Positions 1 through 9,892 of a stretch of DNA of 64,000 nucleotides are shown here, one piece after another. The translations under genes and the position numbers were made by a program. Source of the DNA: a virus. Location: positions 1 to 64,000 of the IMG/VR virus record IMGVR_UViG_3300030060_003910. One strand, 5' to 3'. The notes under the pieces are model-generated. The model ran no database searches and was not told the DNA's origin. It was given only the letters and a program-made list of their open reading frames with translations. Numbering within the stretch: position 1 is the stretch's first letter; every line of letters starts with the position of its first letter.

Positions 1-2
1 AA

Positions 3-548
3 TTCTTTGTATTCTGCAACATCTAATTTATTCTCAAGTGCTTCCTGAATTAGTTCTAAATTATGCCTAAAGTTTTCGGGCAACTTGGCTTCTTTCATCC
101 CTAATGTAGTATTTATTCTTTCTAATACATCCTTTCTAGGATTTCTAATATCAATTCTTCCTTTAATTTTATCATTTAATAATTGAGCAGAAGTGACTCT
201 TGCGCCCTGATTATAAATATTTAATCGCAAAAATGGCTTAACTGCCTCTTGCATATTAGTGTCGGCAACCTGTAATTTTTTAGCCTTCTTGCTTTTAATT
301 TGTTCATTAATATATTTTCTTGCCCCTTTGACCTTTCCAGCGACTTTAGCAAAAGCCTCCTTTCTTTCGTCTTCTCTCTCAATTAAACGAGCCTTATCTT
401 TCAGGGCGTTAGTAAATCGTGTAGTGATACTCGCAATTTCTGACCTTCTTTCAGCACCATCAGCAAGAGCCAGACCTTCAACCCTTTCGGGGGTTAAACC
501 TAACATTTCTTTTTCTTCGGGGGTTAAAGGTCTAATTTCATCCGTCAT
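3..548 (-). CDS. Hypothetical virion-region protein, runs off the left edge (3' partial)
   Basis: ATG at 548 overlaps the stop of 545..2833; the frame (MTDEIRPLTPEEKEMLG...) appears open to the window edge; not in the ORF track. Confidence 0.6.
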   Translation of the reverse strand, partial: MTDEIRPLTPEEKEMLGLTPERVEGLALADGAERRSEIASITTRFTNALKDKARLIEREDERKEAFAKVAGKVKGARKYINEQIKSKKAKKLQVADTNMQEAVKPFLRLNIYNQGARVTSAQLLNDKIKGRIDIRNPRKDVLERINTTLGMKEAKLPENFRHNLELIQEALENKLDVAEYKE

Positions 549-2833
549 TCTTCCTCATCTCCTGCGTCTTTAATGATTCCAACCTTTTGAAATTGAGTGT
601 TTGCTACGATTACTTTATTGTCTGGGAAATTTTGAGGTTTATTAACAAATTCTTCTAAGCGGCCTTTAAAAGCAACAATGATACTTTTCTTGATATTAGA
701 AATAATGCTTGGCATTTTCTTATTTAATTCTCTTGCGGCATCCCCGGCCTCTTCCGAATCGGGGTTATCGTCTATGGACTTAAACGCTTCCCTGACCTCT
801 TCGTTTCCAGCCAGTTCATCTACTTGAGCAAAGAAACTAAGGCTTCTTTCGGGAGTAATTGATTCTAAAGCAGTTGCTTTGTTTGCCATTTCATCAGCAA
901 GTCCTAAAAGTCCTCCTTGAGAGGATAATTTTTTAGCAGTAGATAACAAATATTGTTCAAAATTATCCATGTTTAATAATTCTTCACGAAGAACAGAAAG
1001 TTGCTGAGTCATATCAATTTGCTCTCTTTTTCCCGTTCTTTTTTCTGCTTCTTCAAGTCTTTGTTCAAGATTCTTAATTTTTTCGTCGGCCCGTTGCTTA
1101 GATTCTTCTTTTTGAGCACTTGCTCTTTGTTTTCTAGCATCGGCTAATTTCTTTTTTAAGCCAGCAATAGTTTTTTCTGCTCTTGCTACTTGCTCTTCGG
1201 AGGTTTCAGCAGTTTTTACTTTACCTGCTTCTTTTACCGCTTTTTCAGGAGTCATAACTTCTCCTTCAACATTAAATACAGCATAATTAGCATCTTGCTT
1301 GCCGTCTTGTTCAACAGTTAGCAACTGCCCCGATTCATCATATTGCTTATTTCCTTTTTTATCAAGGTCAGGGGCAATAAATGCTGTGCTTCTTCCATCT
1401 TTAAAATACTCAATGGAATATTCACCAAAATCAGGCTCAGGGTTATCTTCACCTGCTGGAACTCTCTCAAGTCCAGATTGTTTCAAATAATTTTCGTAAG
1501 CAGTAGCCTCTTTGACTGAAAAATTACCTTCAAGGAATTGTAAAGACTCTCTTTGCTTCTCTAATGCTGCTTGGCTAATGGAAGTTTCTAAACTATCGCT
1601 TTCTTTAATGATGTTCCTAATTTCAGCAGTAACTTTTTTCCGTGATTTGGTATTTACATTCTCAATTCTAAATGGACGGACTCTAAAATTGCTCCTTGTT
1701 CTTTGTTGTCCATCAACTAATGCTTGATAAATCTCATCAATAATCTGTTCTGTGGCTTGTTCTTCAGTAAGGTTCTGCTGAATCCTCAAAGCATCAAAGA
1801 ATGGCTTTTCCCATTCATTAGGAAACTCATTTGTTAGAATAATTTGAACAAAAGGATTCACATTCATTGATTTTGTGCTAGATTTTTCTAGAAATATAAC
1901 ATTTGCGAAGGAAGCACCATTTTCAAAAGTCTTTGGCTTAAATGCTTCAATACTTCCTGGAATTTTATTAACTGCTCTAATATATTTTACAACAGATGCA
2001 CCGGTAAAGGGCTCAACAATTGATTTTCTCTCTTTTGAAGCAACAAAAATCTTCTTTTGGCGAACTATATCATCAACTTCAACAGTTTCGTTGCCCGAAA
2101 CAAATAACATCTTCGTATTTGTCTTGCTTCCATCGGGATTTCTCATAATTCTGTTGTAAGTTTTCTTAACTCTGTCTTTTTGCTTAATAGTCGCATCATC
2201 GTCAATGATTTCTTTTGTCTTTTTGCTTCTTTTTGGAACCATTAGAGCAACCAATTCACCATTATCTTTTAAATCTGTCAAAATTGAGCCTTCTTTTAGT
2301 TCTCCACCGATTGCTTCGGCAAAATCAGCCAAAAGTTGCTCATTTGTTGGCGGATTTTCAAACATAATTACAGATTTTCCTGCCTTTTCACGCAAAATAT
2401 CTAAAGAATCTCTAACATCTCGGTGTCTTTTAAGTGTTCTTGAGGATAAATCAGCATTTTGCTCAATATTTTCTAAAATTTCATTGACTTTTTGCTCATC
2501 ATCGTTCCTTTTGGCTTCCATAGCCTCACGAAGAAGTTCTCTTACATCATCAATTGTCATAAAACTGGCGGCATCTTTCAATTTTTGAACATTTTCTTTC
2601 ATCTGTTCAACCGTTTGGTCGCCTAATGGTGGTTTTGAATAAACTCTATGCAGTTCCTCAATAGAAATGTTGCCCGTTTCTGCCTGTCTTAGAATTTCTT
2701 TGAGTTTTTGGGGAGGAGTTTTGAGATTTTGGATTTCTTGAAGGGCTTTCTCCATTTGTTTTGAACTAGCGATAACTAATCCCAGCATTGGTTTATTGAC
2801 TGGAATCATTTTTAACTGTTCAAACCAACTCAT
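545..2833 (-). CDS. Large coiled-coil protein with MSWxxxLK N-terminus (putative internal or ejected virion protein)
   Basis: 762 aa, charged and helical, starts MSWFEQLK, GGAG RBS. Confidence 0.6.
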   Translation of the reverse strand: MSWFEQLKMIPVNKPMLGLVIASSKQMEKALQEIQNLKTPPQKLKEILRQAETGNISIEELHRVYSKPPLGDQTVEQMKENVQKLKDAASFMTIDDVRELLREAMEAKRNDDEQKVNEILENIEQNADLSSRTLKRHRDVRDSLDILREKAGKSVIMFENPPTNEQLLADFAEAIGGELKEGSILTDLKDNGELVALMVPKRSKKTKEIIDDDATIKQKDRVKKTYNRIMRNPDGSKTNTKMLFVSGNETVEVDDIVRQKKIFVASKERKSIVEPFTGASVVKYIRAVNKIPGSIEAFKPKTFENGASFANVIFLEKSSTKSMNVNPFVQIILTNEFPNEWEKPFFDALRIQQNLTEEQATEQIIDEIYQALVDGQQRTRSNFRVRPFRIENVNTKSRKKVTAEIRNIIKESDSLETSISQAALEKQRESLQFLEGNFSVKEATAYENYLKQSGLERVPAGEDNPEPDFGEYSIEYFKDGRSTAFIAPDLDKKGNKQYDESGQLLTVEQDGKQDANYAVFNVEGEVMTPEKAVKEAGKVKTAETSEEQVARAEKTIAGLKKKLADARKQRASAQKEESKQRADEKIKNLEQRLEEAEKRTGKREQIDMTQQLSVLREELLNMDNFEQYLLSTAKKLSSQGGLLGLADEMANKATALESITPERSLSFFAQVDELAGNEEVREAFKSIDDNPDSEEAGDAARELNKKMPSIISNIKKSIIVAFKGRLEEFVNKPQNFPDNKVIVANTQFQKVGIIKDAGDEEE

Positions 2834-2843
2834 TTTAATCTCC

Positions 2844-3089
2844 TCAATTGTCTTTTGTTCGGATATTGTCTATCGTCTTCATAGCATCTTCAAATTGTTT
2901 CTCTTCTCCGCCTTTTCCTTCTTTCATAAGAAGAATATCAATTAATCCCGATGCAAAGGCTCGCAACTTCTGTATTTCTTTTTTGTCATCAATTGATAAT
3001 TCTGATAAAGACCTTTTCATTTCCCTTTCTAGTGAATCTTCCATAGAGTCTATAGAAAATTTGTTTTTTACTATATCTTTCCAACTCAT
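2844..3089 (-). CDS. Small protein with MSWKDIVK tag
   Basis: 81 aa, RBS GGAGAG, shared N-terminal motif. Confidence 0.7.
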   Translation of the reverse strand: MSWKDIVKNKFSIDSMEDSLEREMKRSLSELSIDDKKEIQKLRAFASGLIDILLMKEGKGGEEKQFEDAMKTIDNIRTKDN

Positions 3090-3104
3090 TGTAGTCTCTC
3101 CAAT

Positions 3105-3863
3105 CTACTCTAAATTACCCAAAAGGTCTGCTTCACCAAAAATTAAGTAAGCCTCTGGGAATCTTCTTTCTAAATTTCTAGTGTCTCCATTACTTATCGC
3201 AACAGTAAGGGCTTCTAATTCTTGATTAGTTTCTGGGTCAGTATATTCATTTTCATAATATTGTGTTTGAAAATCATCTAACGCTTCCACAATTTCTCTA
3301 TTTTGCATTCCTCTTTTATTTCCCGTTTCCTCACCGATTCTCTCTGCTAAATCGTTTCTTTCCCACTTACCAGACTCTTTCAAATATTCTACTAATTTGT
3401 TGTAGTCGGGTTCTTTAGTAAAAACAAAATTTAAACGAGTTTCTTCTTGGAAATTTGGTAATAACATCAAGTCTCGTAAAGTATCTAAGTCTTCACCATA
3501 TTTGTCTAAAAAGTCCATCGCTTCATCATCCAACTCTTCATCAGCATCAATATAGCCGATAAAATATGACTCATCTCGGTTTTTTGTGTTTTCAATGAAA
3601 AAATCAAAGTGCCCTATTAGAGTCCTATCTTCAATGTTTAAATTACCTAAAGCAACAAAACGGAAGTAGTCAGGAAATCCGACCTCATATTCTTTATCAA
3701 TAGATGAATAATAGTAGCCATCATAAATAGGAAATTCTGAAGTAAAATCTTCAATATTTAAATCAAAGCCATAGTCGGTGAGCATGGCTCTCTTAATCAA
3801 TTCCTTTTTCTCAGGGCTTAGTTTGTTATAGTCCATCTGTTTAAGAATACTCCACCAACTCAT
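3105..3863 (-). CDS. Acidic protein with MSWWSILK tag
   Basis: 252 aa, D/E-rich, shared N-terminal motif. Confidence 0.7.
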   Translation of the reverse strand: MSWWSILKQMDYNKLSPEKKELIKRAMLTDYGFDLNIEDFTSEFPIYDGYYYSSIDKEYEVGFPDYFRFVALGNLNIEDRTLIGHFDFFIENTKNRDESYFIGYIDADEELDDEAMDFLDKYGEDLDTLRDLMLLPNFQEETRLNFVFTKEPDYNKLVEYLKESGKWERNDLAERIGEETGNKRGMQNREIVEALDDFQTQYYENEYTDPETNQELEALTVAISNGDTRNLERRFPEAYLIFGEADLLGNLE

Positions 3864-4123
3864 TGTAATCTCTCCTGCTTTCTAGGTTTAAATCTCAAGA
3901 CATTGTTTTCCATATTTAATTTAGGCCCATATCCCGTTTGTTCTGCTAAAGACTCATCGGTGAAATATAGATACCTTGCCCCCATTAAACGGATTAAATA
4001 GTGAGTCTTTCCTGTCTTATTTGCTAGATTTTGAACCCTTTCTTTTGCTTCGCCAATACTAACTTCATCTCCAATAGGGGTCATTTTGCTAGTATCAATT
4101 TTTAATATATTTTCCCAACTCAT
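3860..4123 (-). CDS. Small protein with MSWENILK tag
   Basis: 87 aa; ends QERLQ like 4473..5180. Confidence 0.7.
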   Translation of the reverse strand: MSWENILKIDTSKMTPIGDEVSIGEAKERVQNLANKTGKTHYLIRLMGARYLYFTDESLAEQTGYGPKLNMENNVLRFKPRKQERLQ

Positions 4124-4140
4124 GTTAATCTCTCCTGCAT

Positions 4141-4476
4141 TTACAAATCAAATATGCTCGGTTGGTTAGGGTCTATATTTGGTCTTTGTTTGGGTTTTTC
4201 TTTTCTTTTTCTTTTAAGAGGCGGCCGTTCATTAAAAAATTCTTCAAAAGCAACAATTTTTATAAATCTTTTATAGTCATCTTCATCCAAATCTTCAGGT
4301 TTAATCTCCCCATAATTTGTAATATCGGCTAATTCGTAAGAGTCTTGATAAATAAGATTCTTTCCCGTTTCTTGCCCCATTCTTCTACCGCCCGCATTTT
4401 TAAATTCTTCTTTTCTTTTATCAATATCCTGTCTAACTTTTTCAGAATATGCCTTCAAAATTTCTTTCCAACTCAT
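4141..4476 (-). CDS. Small protein with MSWKEILK tag
   Basis: 111 aa, shared N-terminal motif. Confidence 0.7.
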   Translation of the reverse strand: MSWKEILKAYSEKVRQDIDKRKEEFKNAGGRRMGQETGKNLIYQDSYELADITNYGEIKPEDLDEDDYKRFIKIVAFEEFFNERPPLKRKRKEKPKQRPNIDPNQPSIFDL

Positions 4477-5180
4477 TGTAATCTCTCCTGCATTTTACTT
4501 TTAATATCCAACCAAATCTCAGGATTGTTCTGTGCAAGCACTTCTTGAACAATTTGCATCTGTGCGACAATAATTGTGTCCTGTCTCTTATGAATCAATT
4601 TACCCTTGAACTCCATAAGATACTTCAAAGATTCTCTAATTTCTCTTGCTAACTTTGTTAAAGCATCAATCATCTTAGGGTCAAGGTCATTCCCTAAATC
4701 ATTGAATACTTGCTCTAAACGCATGTCCAACTTCTGCACATTGTTTGAAAGCAAATCAACTTCATTTACTTCCTTTTTCGCTATCATCATGGCCGCAGAT
4801 TCTTGGACGATTGGGGCCAAGTGGTGCTTCATGTGGCGTTGCACCTGCGTTTTTGTGGTGTTGAGGGCAGAAGAAACAGCCTCACTTGAAATATTACCTT
4901 CTTTTAATGCTTGTTCGTAGTGTTTCCTCATTGGGTCTGTGCATAGAACACATTGAGGATTTGACGACATTTTGTATTCGCCCATGTGGTTTCTTTGATG
5001 TTGTGCCGCAGTTCCGCTTCTCCAATTATGAAGTGTGTCCAATTCGTCGCAGGTCGCCTGTCCTGTTTCAAGAGCCGATTCAAGTTCTTCTCTATTTGGT
5101 GCTTGACAAAGCCCACAACGCTTACGATTAACTGTCATATTATCACAAATCATACTTTGCTGCAAAACTTTTAAAACCAT
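4473..5180 (-). CDS. Duplicated Zn/HTH-like DNA-binding protein; candidate terminase small subunit (true start probably near 5153/5138)
   Basis: Two CxxC...HxxxH units (CGLC...HQRNH; CVLC...HMKHH) followed by a coiled coil; function inferred from architecture only. Confidence 0.4.
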   Translation of the reverse strand: MVLKVLQQSMICDNMTVNRKRCGLCQAPNREELESALETGQATCDELDTLHNWRSGTAAQHQRNHMGEYKMSSNPQCVLCTDPMRKHYEQALKEGNISSEAVSSALNTTKTQVQRHMKHHLAPIVQESAAMMIAKKEVNEVDLLSNNVQKLDMRLEQVFNDLGNDLDPKMIDALTKLAREIRESLKYLMEFKGKLIHKRQDTIIVAQMQIVQEVLAQNNPEIWLDIKSKMQERLQ

Positions 5181-5448
5181 TTAAATAGGTCATAAACATG
5201 TCTGTGCCAATGCTATCTTCCATTTTCATAATCAATTCTTCCATAGCCATGAGGTCATCTTCATCGTAAATTGTTGTAAATTTCATATCTGATTTAATTC
5301 TTTTAACTATTTTCTTATGTCTTTCAGTTTGAAATTCTTTTTCTTTCTCGGCTTTTTCTTTATCATGTCTTTTCATATCTTTAGGCGCATATTTGCGACC
5401 CAATCTGCGGGCTTCGTCCATATCAATTTTAAGAACATTTTTCCACAT
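5143..5448 (-). CDS. Small protein with MWKNVLK tag
   Basis: 101 aa, shared N-terminal motif. Confidence 0.65.
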   Translation of the reverse strand: MWKNVLKIDMDEARRLGRKYAPKDMKRHDKEKAEKEKEFQTERHKKIVKRIKSDMKFTTIYDEDDLMAMEELIMKMEDSIGTDMFMTYLNGFKSFAAKYDL

Positions 5449-5449
5449 T

Positions 5450-6625
5450 CTACTCTCTCCACAATAATTGTTGCCACATTTTAGAAATAACCTTTTGGTC
5501 AGGCTTCATTCTAAAACCTCTTCCCTTTGGCTCATCATATGTTTTGGGGAATGCTTCCTTTGCTGTCTTTCTATAATCAAAGCCAGTCTTTCTTTCTTGT
5601 TGCCATGCTCGGAAACCATTTGGTGCTTTCTTGGTATTCTTTCGCTTTAAGGCTCTATCTACTAAATTGATAATGGGTAAAGCAGTAAGTTTAATTCCCG
5701 AAACTGTTCCAGCCAAAGAATCCTTCTTTCCTTCTTCACCGAGGTTGGCAACTTTTCTTGCCAATGCTTGTTCTTTAGAGTTAGGCTTAATTTCAAAATT
5801 TGTGGCTTTTAATTCAGACCGAATCTTATTTGTAAGCAATCTACCGCCAGCATTCCAATAATTGCTATCACGAACAATCTTATTAAAAAAGATTTCAACA
5901 GACCTAATTCCGTCAATGTCTTCACCATCAACATCTGTGGGAATTTTAACCACATCAACTTCAATTTCCATATCATCAAGGTCTTCAACGGCTTGCTTCA
6001 TAATCCACAAAAGACCTCTTGGATTCGCAAACTTAGTTTTGACTTTTGAGAATAATGCCTGATGGGGAGGATTTCCTCCTTCAAATCCATCAATGTCAAT
6101 AACATGGGCTAACCACTCATCAGGAACTTTAGTGACTCCTTTATTTCTTTTAGCATACCATTCTGTCGCATAATGTCCTTGAACTGTGCGAGGTCTTTTC
6201 TTTTGACCTGTTTTGGTTCTTTCAACCTCAGTAAAAAGAATAAATGCTGGGTCACGGGCTGGCCCTTTTGCACCAGCATCACTTCCTTCACGATAATAAC
6301 TTTCTAGTGTTTTAGCCTGTTCTCTAATAATTTCTTCATGTTCGCCATCAAATAAATCATTATCAACAATGGCTTCAATAAATTCAATAAACTCAATAGC
6401 ACCTTCACCATCACGGCCTTTATTTCTACTTCCTGCACGAATATTATTCATCATGTGCGTTTTGAGAAACATATACAAATTAGGAACATTCTTAACTTGC
6501 ATAGCCGCACCTGAAATACCTTGACAGGTCTGCCTCCAAGTGTTAAATTCATTCACGAACTTAAACTCGCTTTGATTGACTTTATTTCCTTTATGGGGCT
6601 GAAAGTTCTTTTTCTTCTTACTCAT
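5450..6625 (-). CDS. Basic hypothetical protein
   Basis: 391 aa, K/R-rich, coupled to neighbours. Confidence 0.65.
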   Translation of the reverse strand: MSKKKKNFQPHKGNKVNQSEFKFVNEFNTWRQTCQGISGAAMQVKNVPNLYMFLKTHMMNNIRAGSRNKGRDGEGAIEFIEFIEAIVDNDLFDGEHEEIIREQAKTLESYYREGSDAGAKGPARDPAFILFTEVERTKTGQKKRPRTVQGHYATEWYAKRNKGVTKVPDEWLAHVIDIDGFEGGNPPHQALFSKVKTKFANPRGLLWIMKQAVEDLDDMEIEVDVVKIPTDVDGEDIDGIRSVEIFFNKIVRDSNYWNAGGRLLTNKIRSELKATNFEIKPNSKEQALARKVANLGEEGKKDSLAGTVSGIKLTALPIINLVDRALKRKNTKKAPNGFRAWQQERKTGFDYRKTAKEAFPKTYDEPKGRGFRMKPDQKVISKMWQQLLWRE

Positions 6626-7463
6626 CCTTCTTCCTCCGTTTCTTTCTACCTCTTACCACCTTATTAAACATAGCGGGGGCAGAACCCGTAGTGACAGCAC
6701 CAACCATTTTTAGTTCTTCATCACTAAATGAAGCACTATTATTAGGGAATTTATTGTAAGCCTCTATTTTTTCAAAGAACTTTCTATTTTCTTCACCATA
6801 TCTTTCAATCCAAGAATTGATGTCATCTGGGTTAATTATATCACTAAAAGTGTCAGCAGGATTTTGAGTTCTAGCGGTCACTTCAAGCCTTGCTAATTTA
6901 TTCTTAATTTTATCTTTAGTGGGTGTATCAACATTTATATTATCTGTAATTACCTCAGCCCATGCCAAAAACTTAGTTATTTCTGCAAGAGATTCTTTAC
7001 CTACTTGGCCGTCAAGACCCAACATCATTTCTAAGGCTGGAGGAATAACTTGCGTTTTTGTTGCAGGGTGTTCTATATATGACCGTAGCCTATAAAAAAT
7101 ATTATCTGGGAATTGTCCAGTAAAAGCACCATATTCCTTTGCGGCATCATCCATCGGTAATTGGTCAAAACCCATACCAGCATGAGTCGCTTCGTGCATA
7201 ATTGCCCTAATAACAAATTCTGTGATTTCTCTCTCTGTTGGCTGTCTGTCTAGTTTTCTTCTAAGATACCTATAAATTTCATGGTGGTTAATTCTAATTT
7301 CTTCATCTACCATTTCTTTTAATTTAGGTTTTTTTCCTGCCATAATCATACGAAACATTTCAGAAGTATTAATGGGCTTGCCTGATATACCATAATGCCC
7401 AAATCCTCTAATGCTTGAATCAAAGTCAATATCTTCAACTTTAAGAATATCAAACCAGCCCAT
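6618..7463 (-). CDS. Zincin-like metallopeptidase with MGWFDILK tag
   Basis: HEATH (HExxH) motif with a downstream E; internal ATG at 7463 gives the family N-terminal tag. Confidence 0.6.
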   Translation of the reverse strand: MGWFDILKVEDIDFDSSIRGFGHYGISGKPINTSEMFRMIMAGKKPKLKEMVDEEIRINHHEIYRYLRRKLDRQPTEREITEFVIRAIMHEATHAGMGFDQLPMDDAAKEYGAFTGQFPDNIFYRLRSYIEHPATKTQVIPPALEMMLGLDGQVGKESLAEITKFLAWAEVITDNINVDTPTKDKIKNKLARLEVTARTQNPADTFSDIINPDDINSWIERYGEENRKFFEKIEAYNKFPNNSASFSDEELKMVGAVTTGSAPAMFNKVVRGRKKRRKKDE

Positions 7464-7465
7464 AT

Positions 7466-7633
7466 TCACTCCCCCTGTCTCATTGGGCAACTTGGGCTAA
7501 GAGGCGGTGCTGGCAAACTTAATGGACACTTTTCATATTTAACGACCATTTGCTGACAACGGCGACAATAGCCTGTCTTTTGAACACGGCTTGCGGCATC
7601 TCTTTCGTCAAACTTGACGATTTCTTTCCACAT
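7466..7633 (-). CDS. Small Cys-rich protein with MWKEIVK tag
   Basis: Internal ATG at 7633; CxxC...C...C. Confidence 0.55.
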   Translation of the reverse strand: MWKEIVKFDERDAASRVQKTGYCRRCQQMVVKYEKCPLSLPAPPLSPSCPMRQGE

Positions 7634-7634
7634 C

Positions 7635-7844
7635 TCAATCTTTCCGAGAAAATGGATTTTTAGACTTAGGTTTCTTTTTAGCATCTTTTGCCGCTTCTTT
7701 CATTGACTCGGTTTTGTTTCCATCACCGTCAATATCAATAAAATCGGGCTTTGCTGCTTTTAGTTCTTCATCATCGTCAGTCTTTTCAGTCCCACAATGG
7801 GCCTTTTCATCCTCTTCCTTTCGTATAATATCTCTCCAACTCAT
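7635..7844 (-). CDS. Small protein with MSWRDIIRK tag and EF-hand-like DxDGDG motif
   Basis: KPDFIDIDGDGNKTESMKEAAKD, a DxDxDG Ca-binding-like loop. Confidence 0.65.
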   Translation of the reverse strand: MSWRDIIRKEEDEKAHCGTEKTDDDEELKAAKPDFIDIDGDGNKTESMKEAAKDAKKKPKSKNPFSRKD

Positions 7845-7963
7845 TTCTTCTCACCTGTTATCAAGTCTTTCTTTTGTTTTGCTTCTTCTTTGTCTAAACG
7901 CTTTGATTCAGCATCAAACCACGAATCTAAGTAAGTGCATCTTGTCATGTCAATTCCTCCAAA

Positions 7964-8620
7964 TTAGTAATAATATCCTCTTCTTTCGGCTCTTAATTGA
8001 CCTTCACTAAATCCTCTATCCATATTTGCGCCCATTTCATTCATTTCAGCAATAAATTGACTATATGTAATCTCTTCGGCTCTTAATTGTCTATAAAGTT
8101 CTTCGGCTCTTTTTTCGTCCATTCTGTCATCGTGTTTAATTCCGACATTAAATCCTAGCCTGTTCATAACTAAAGCAGTAAAAGCAGTAGGGTCAGTTAA
8201 TTCAAATGGTAAATGTATATTTTCTATTTCAGGGTAATCTCCGGCTACCCAATATGCTTCGGTGTCGGTGTCAAAATAAAGTATAATTTCTTTTCCTCTT
8301 GATTTGGCTTTTACCGCTACACCAAAATGAAGATGCCCCGACATATCATCGGGGGTGTTTTCATTTATTAAATCGGCCACAAAACATTCAACACCCAAAG
8401 TATTCAAAGCATCAATTCCTTTTTGAATATTAAATTGTTGAGCCTTATTAGAGACAAAAAGACTACTAGCATCTTTACTCCATGCGTTTTGCTTTAATCT
8501 TTCTTCTTCTCCCTCCATTCCCGGATTACTAGCCGTCCATTCCCATTCAAACTGCAAGTTCTTGGGCATAGAAGAGTATTTTTCGTTATTTTCCTTTTTA
8601 ATCGTTGTTTTCCATGTCAT
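7964..8620 (-). CDS. Hypothetical protein with MTWKTTIKK tag
   Basis: 218 aa, RBS AGGTGA. Confidence 0.65.
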   Translation of the reverse strand: MTWKTTIKKENNEKYSSMPKNLQFEWEWTASNPGMEGEEERLKQNAWSKDASSLFVSNKAQQFNIQKGIDALNTLGVECFVADLINENTPDDMSGHLHFGVAVKAKSRGKEIILYFDTDTEAYWVAGDYPEIENIHLPFELTDPTAFTALVMNRLGFNVGIKHDDRMDEKRAEELYRQLRAEEITYSQFIAEMNEMGANMDRGFSEGQLRAERRGYYY

Positions 8621-8812
8621 AACATCACCTTAAATTTCTCAAAATTTGGCTCGGAATTTTTTTGGCACTTGCGCCCTCATTTAAATTTTATGAAATGTAT
8701 TCCCAGGATAAAAACTTCTGCTTCAAAGTAGTTTATTTAAAGATAATGAGTTTGGCCGCCGTGTAAAAATGTTGTTATAACTAATCGGATTATCATAATT
8801 AATTTAATTATT

Positions 8813-9040
8813 TTAATTGCCAAAGTCTGTTAAACTGGTTTGTTTATCATATCTATTAATAAAATCATTAATATGGCTTTTAACTGTTTGTAGTTGCTGG
8901 CCTATTTCCCCTAGTTTAGTAATATCGGCTATACTCATATTCTTCATTTGTTTGCGTTTAGCCTTCATTTCAGATAAAATTTCAACAATCTCTTTATTGA
9001 TACCCTGTAATAGTTCTAATGCCTTATCCTCACTAGACAT
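8813..9040 (-). CDS. Small coiled-coil protein
   Basis: 75 aa, heptad pattern. Confidence 0.55.
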   Translation of the reverse strand: MSSEDKALELLQGINKEIVEILSEMKAKRKQMKNMSIADITKLGEIGQQLQTVKSHINDFINRYDKQTSLTDFGN

Positions 9041-9532
9041 ACTGTATCATGTAATGGGAGTAGGCCATACCCTATAATGGTGGCGGTTTTACCCTTGTTT
9101 AATTAAAGTTAATGCTTCAAAATGAGGCTTTTAAAGCATTTCGCTCTAGATGAGAAGAAATAAAAAATTTGAAACAAAGCCATATGGTTGTAGATTATGA
9201 ATGCGTGAAAAGTTGTTAATAACTACCATTTTCATCTATTGTCTTATTTTCATCTTCCTCTATGGTTTGCTATAGAACGCTATTGGTAACTACAAAATGT
9301 TTGTTTACAGCCATCTATGATGAATAACCATCTAATGCATCAACCCTAAATGATAGTTATTAAAAACATTAAAACCATATGGTGTTGCTTTGCTATAACC
9401 CCCAAGTGGGACGGGAAGAATTACCTCTTTTCTTCCCGCCCCCGTCTATCCCTCTATTCCCTGTTTGTTTGGGTCATAGTGCCATAACGAGAGGCTCATG
9501 GCTAACGGGCCGTTTTTGGGGTGCTACGGACT

Positions 9533-9778
9533 TCATGCCGTATTTGTTGAGTTTAGTCTTACAGAAATGCCATAATCATTTGAACTAATTTGGTAAGGGT
9601 AAGGAATACCCCAAATTAACTCATAATGGTCTGTGAAAGCCTTGATGAAGCGGTCAGCATCAAAACGCCCATTATCACGACGAAACATGAGAATCATGCT
9701 TTCAATGACTGGAACGGTAATGCCGTTCAATTCTGCTAAGGTTTCTGCTATCTTTTGGTAGTGCCTTCGTTGGAACAT
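9533..9778 (-). CDS. Cassette gene, hypothetical (MFQRRHYQKIA..., about 81 aa)
   Basis: Internal ATG at 9778 lies about 25 bp downstream of CCTTATA, implying a leaderless archaeal-type mRNA. Confidence 0.65.
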   Translation of the reverse strand: MFQRRHYQKIAETLAELNGITVPVIESMILMFRRDNGRFDADRFIKAFTDHYELIWGIPYPYQISSNDYGISVRLNSTNTA

Positions 9779-9892
9779 GATTAACCGCTTGATAAGCGGA
9801 TATAAGGTTTTATTACCAAAGTATGCAACCATATGGTAATTGCTTTGGTTTTACCTCAAGCAGTTTAGACCCATGCTTAGGGGTATTTGGGT

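Larger units (their letters stand above)
2825..4491 (-). repeat. Dispersed RBS/start-codon direct repeat (GCAGGAGAGATTACAATGAGTTGG) at gene junctions
   Basis: Identical 24-mers at 3855-3878 and 4468-4491; near copies at 4115-4138, 3081-3101 and 2825-2844. Confidence 0.8.
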
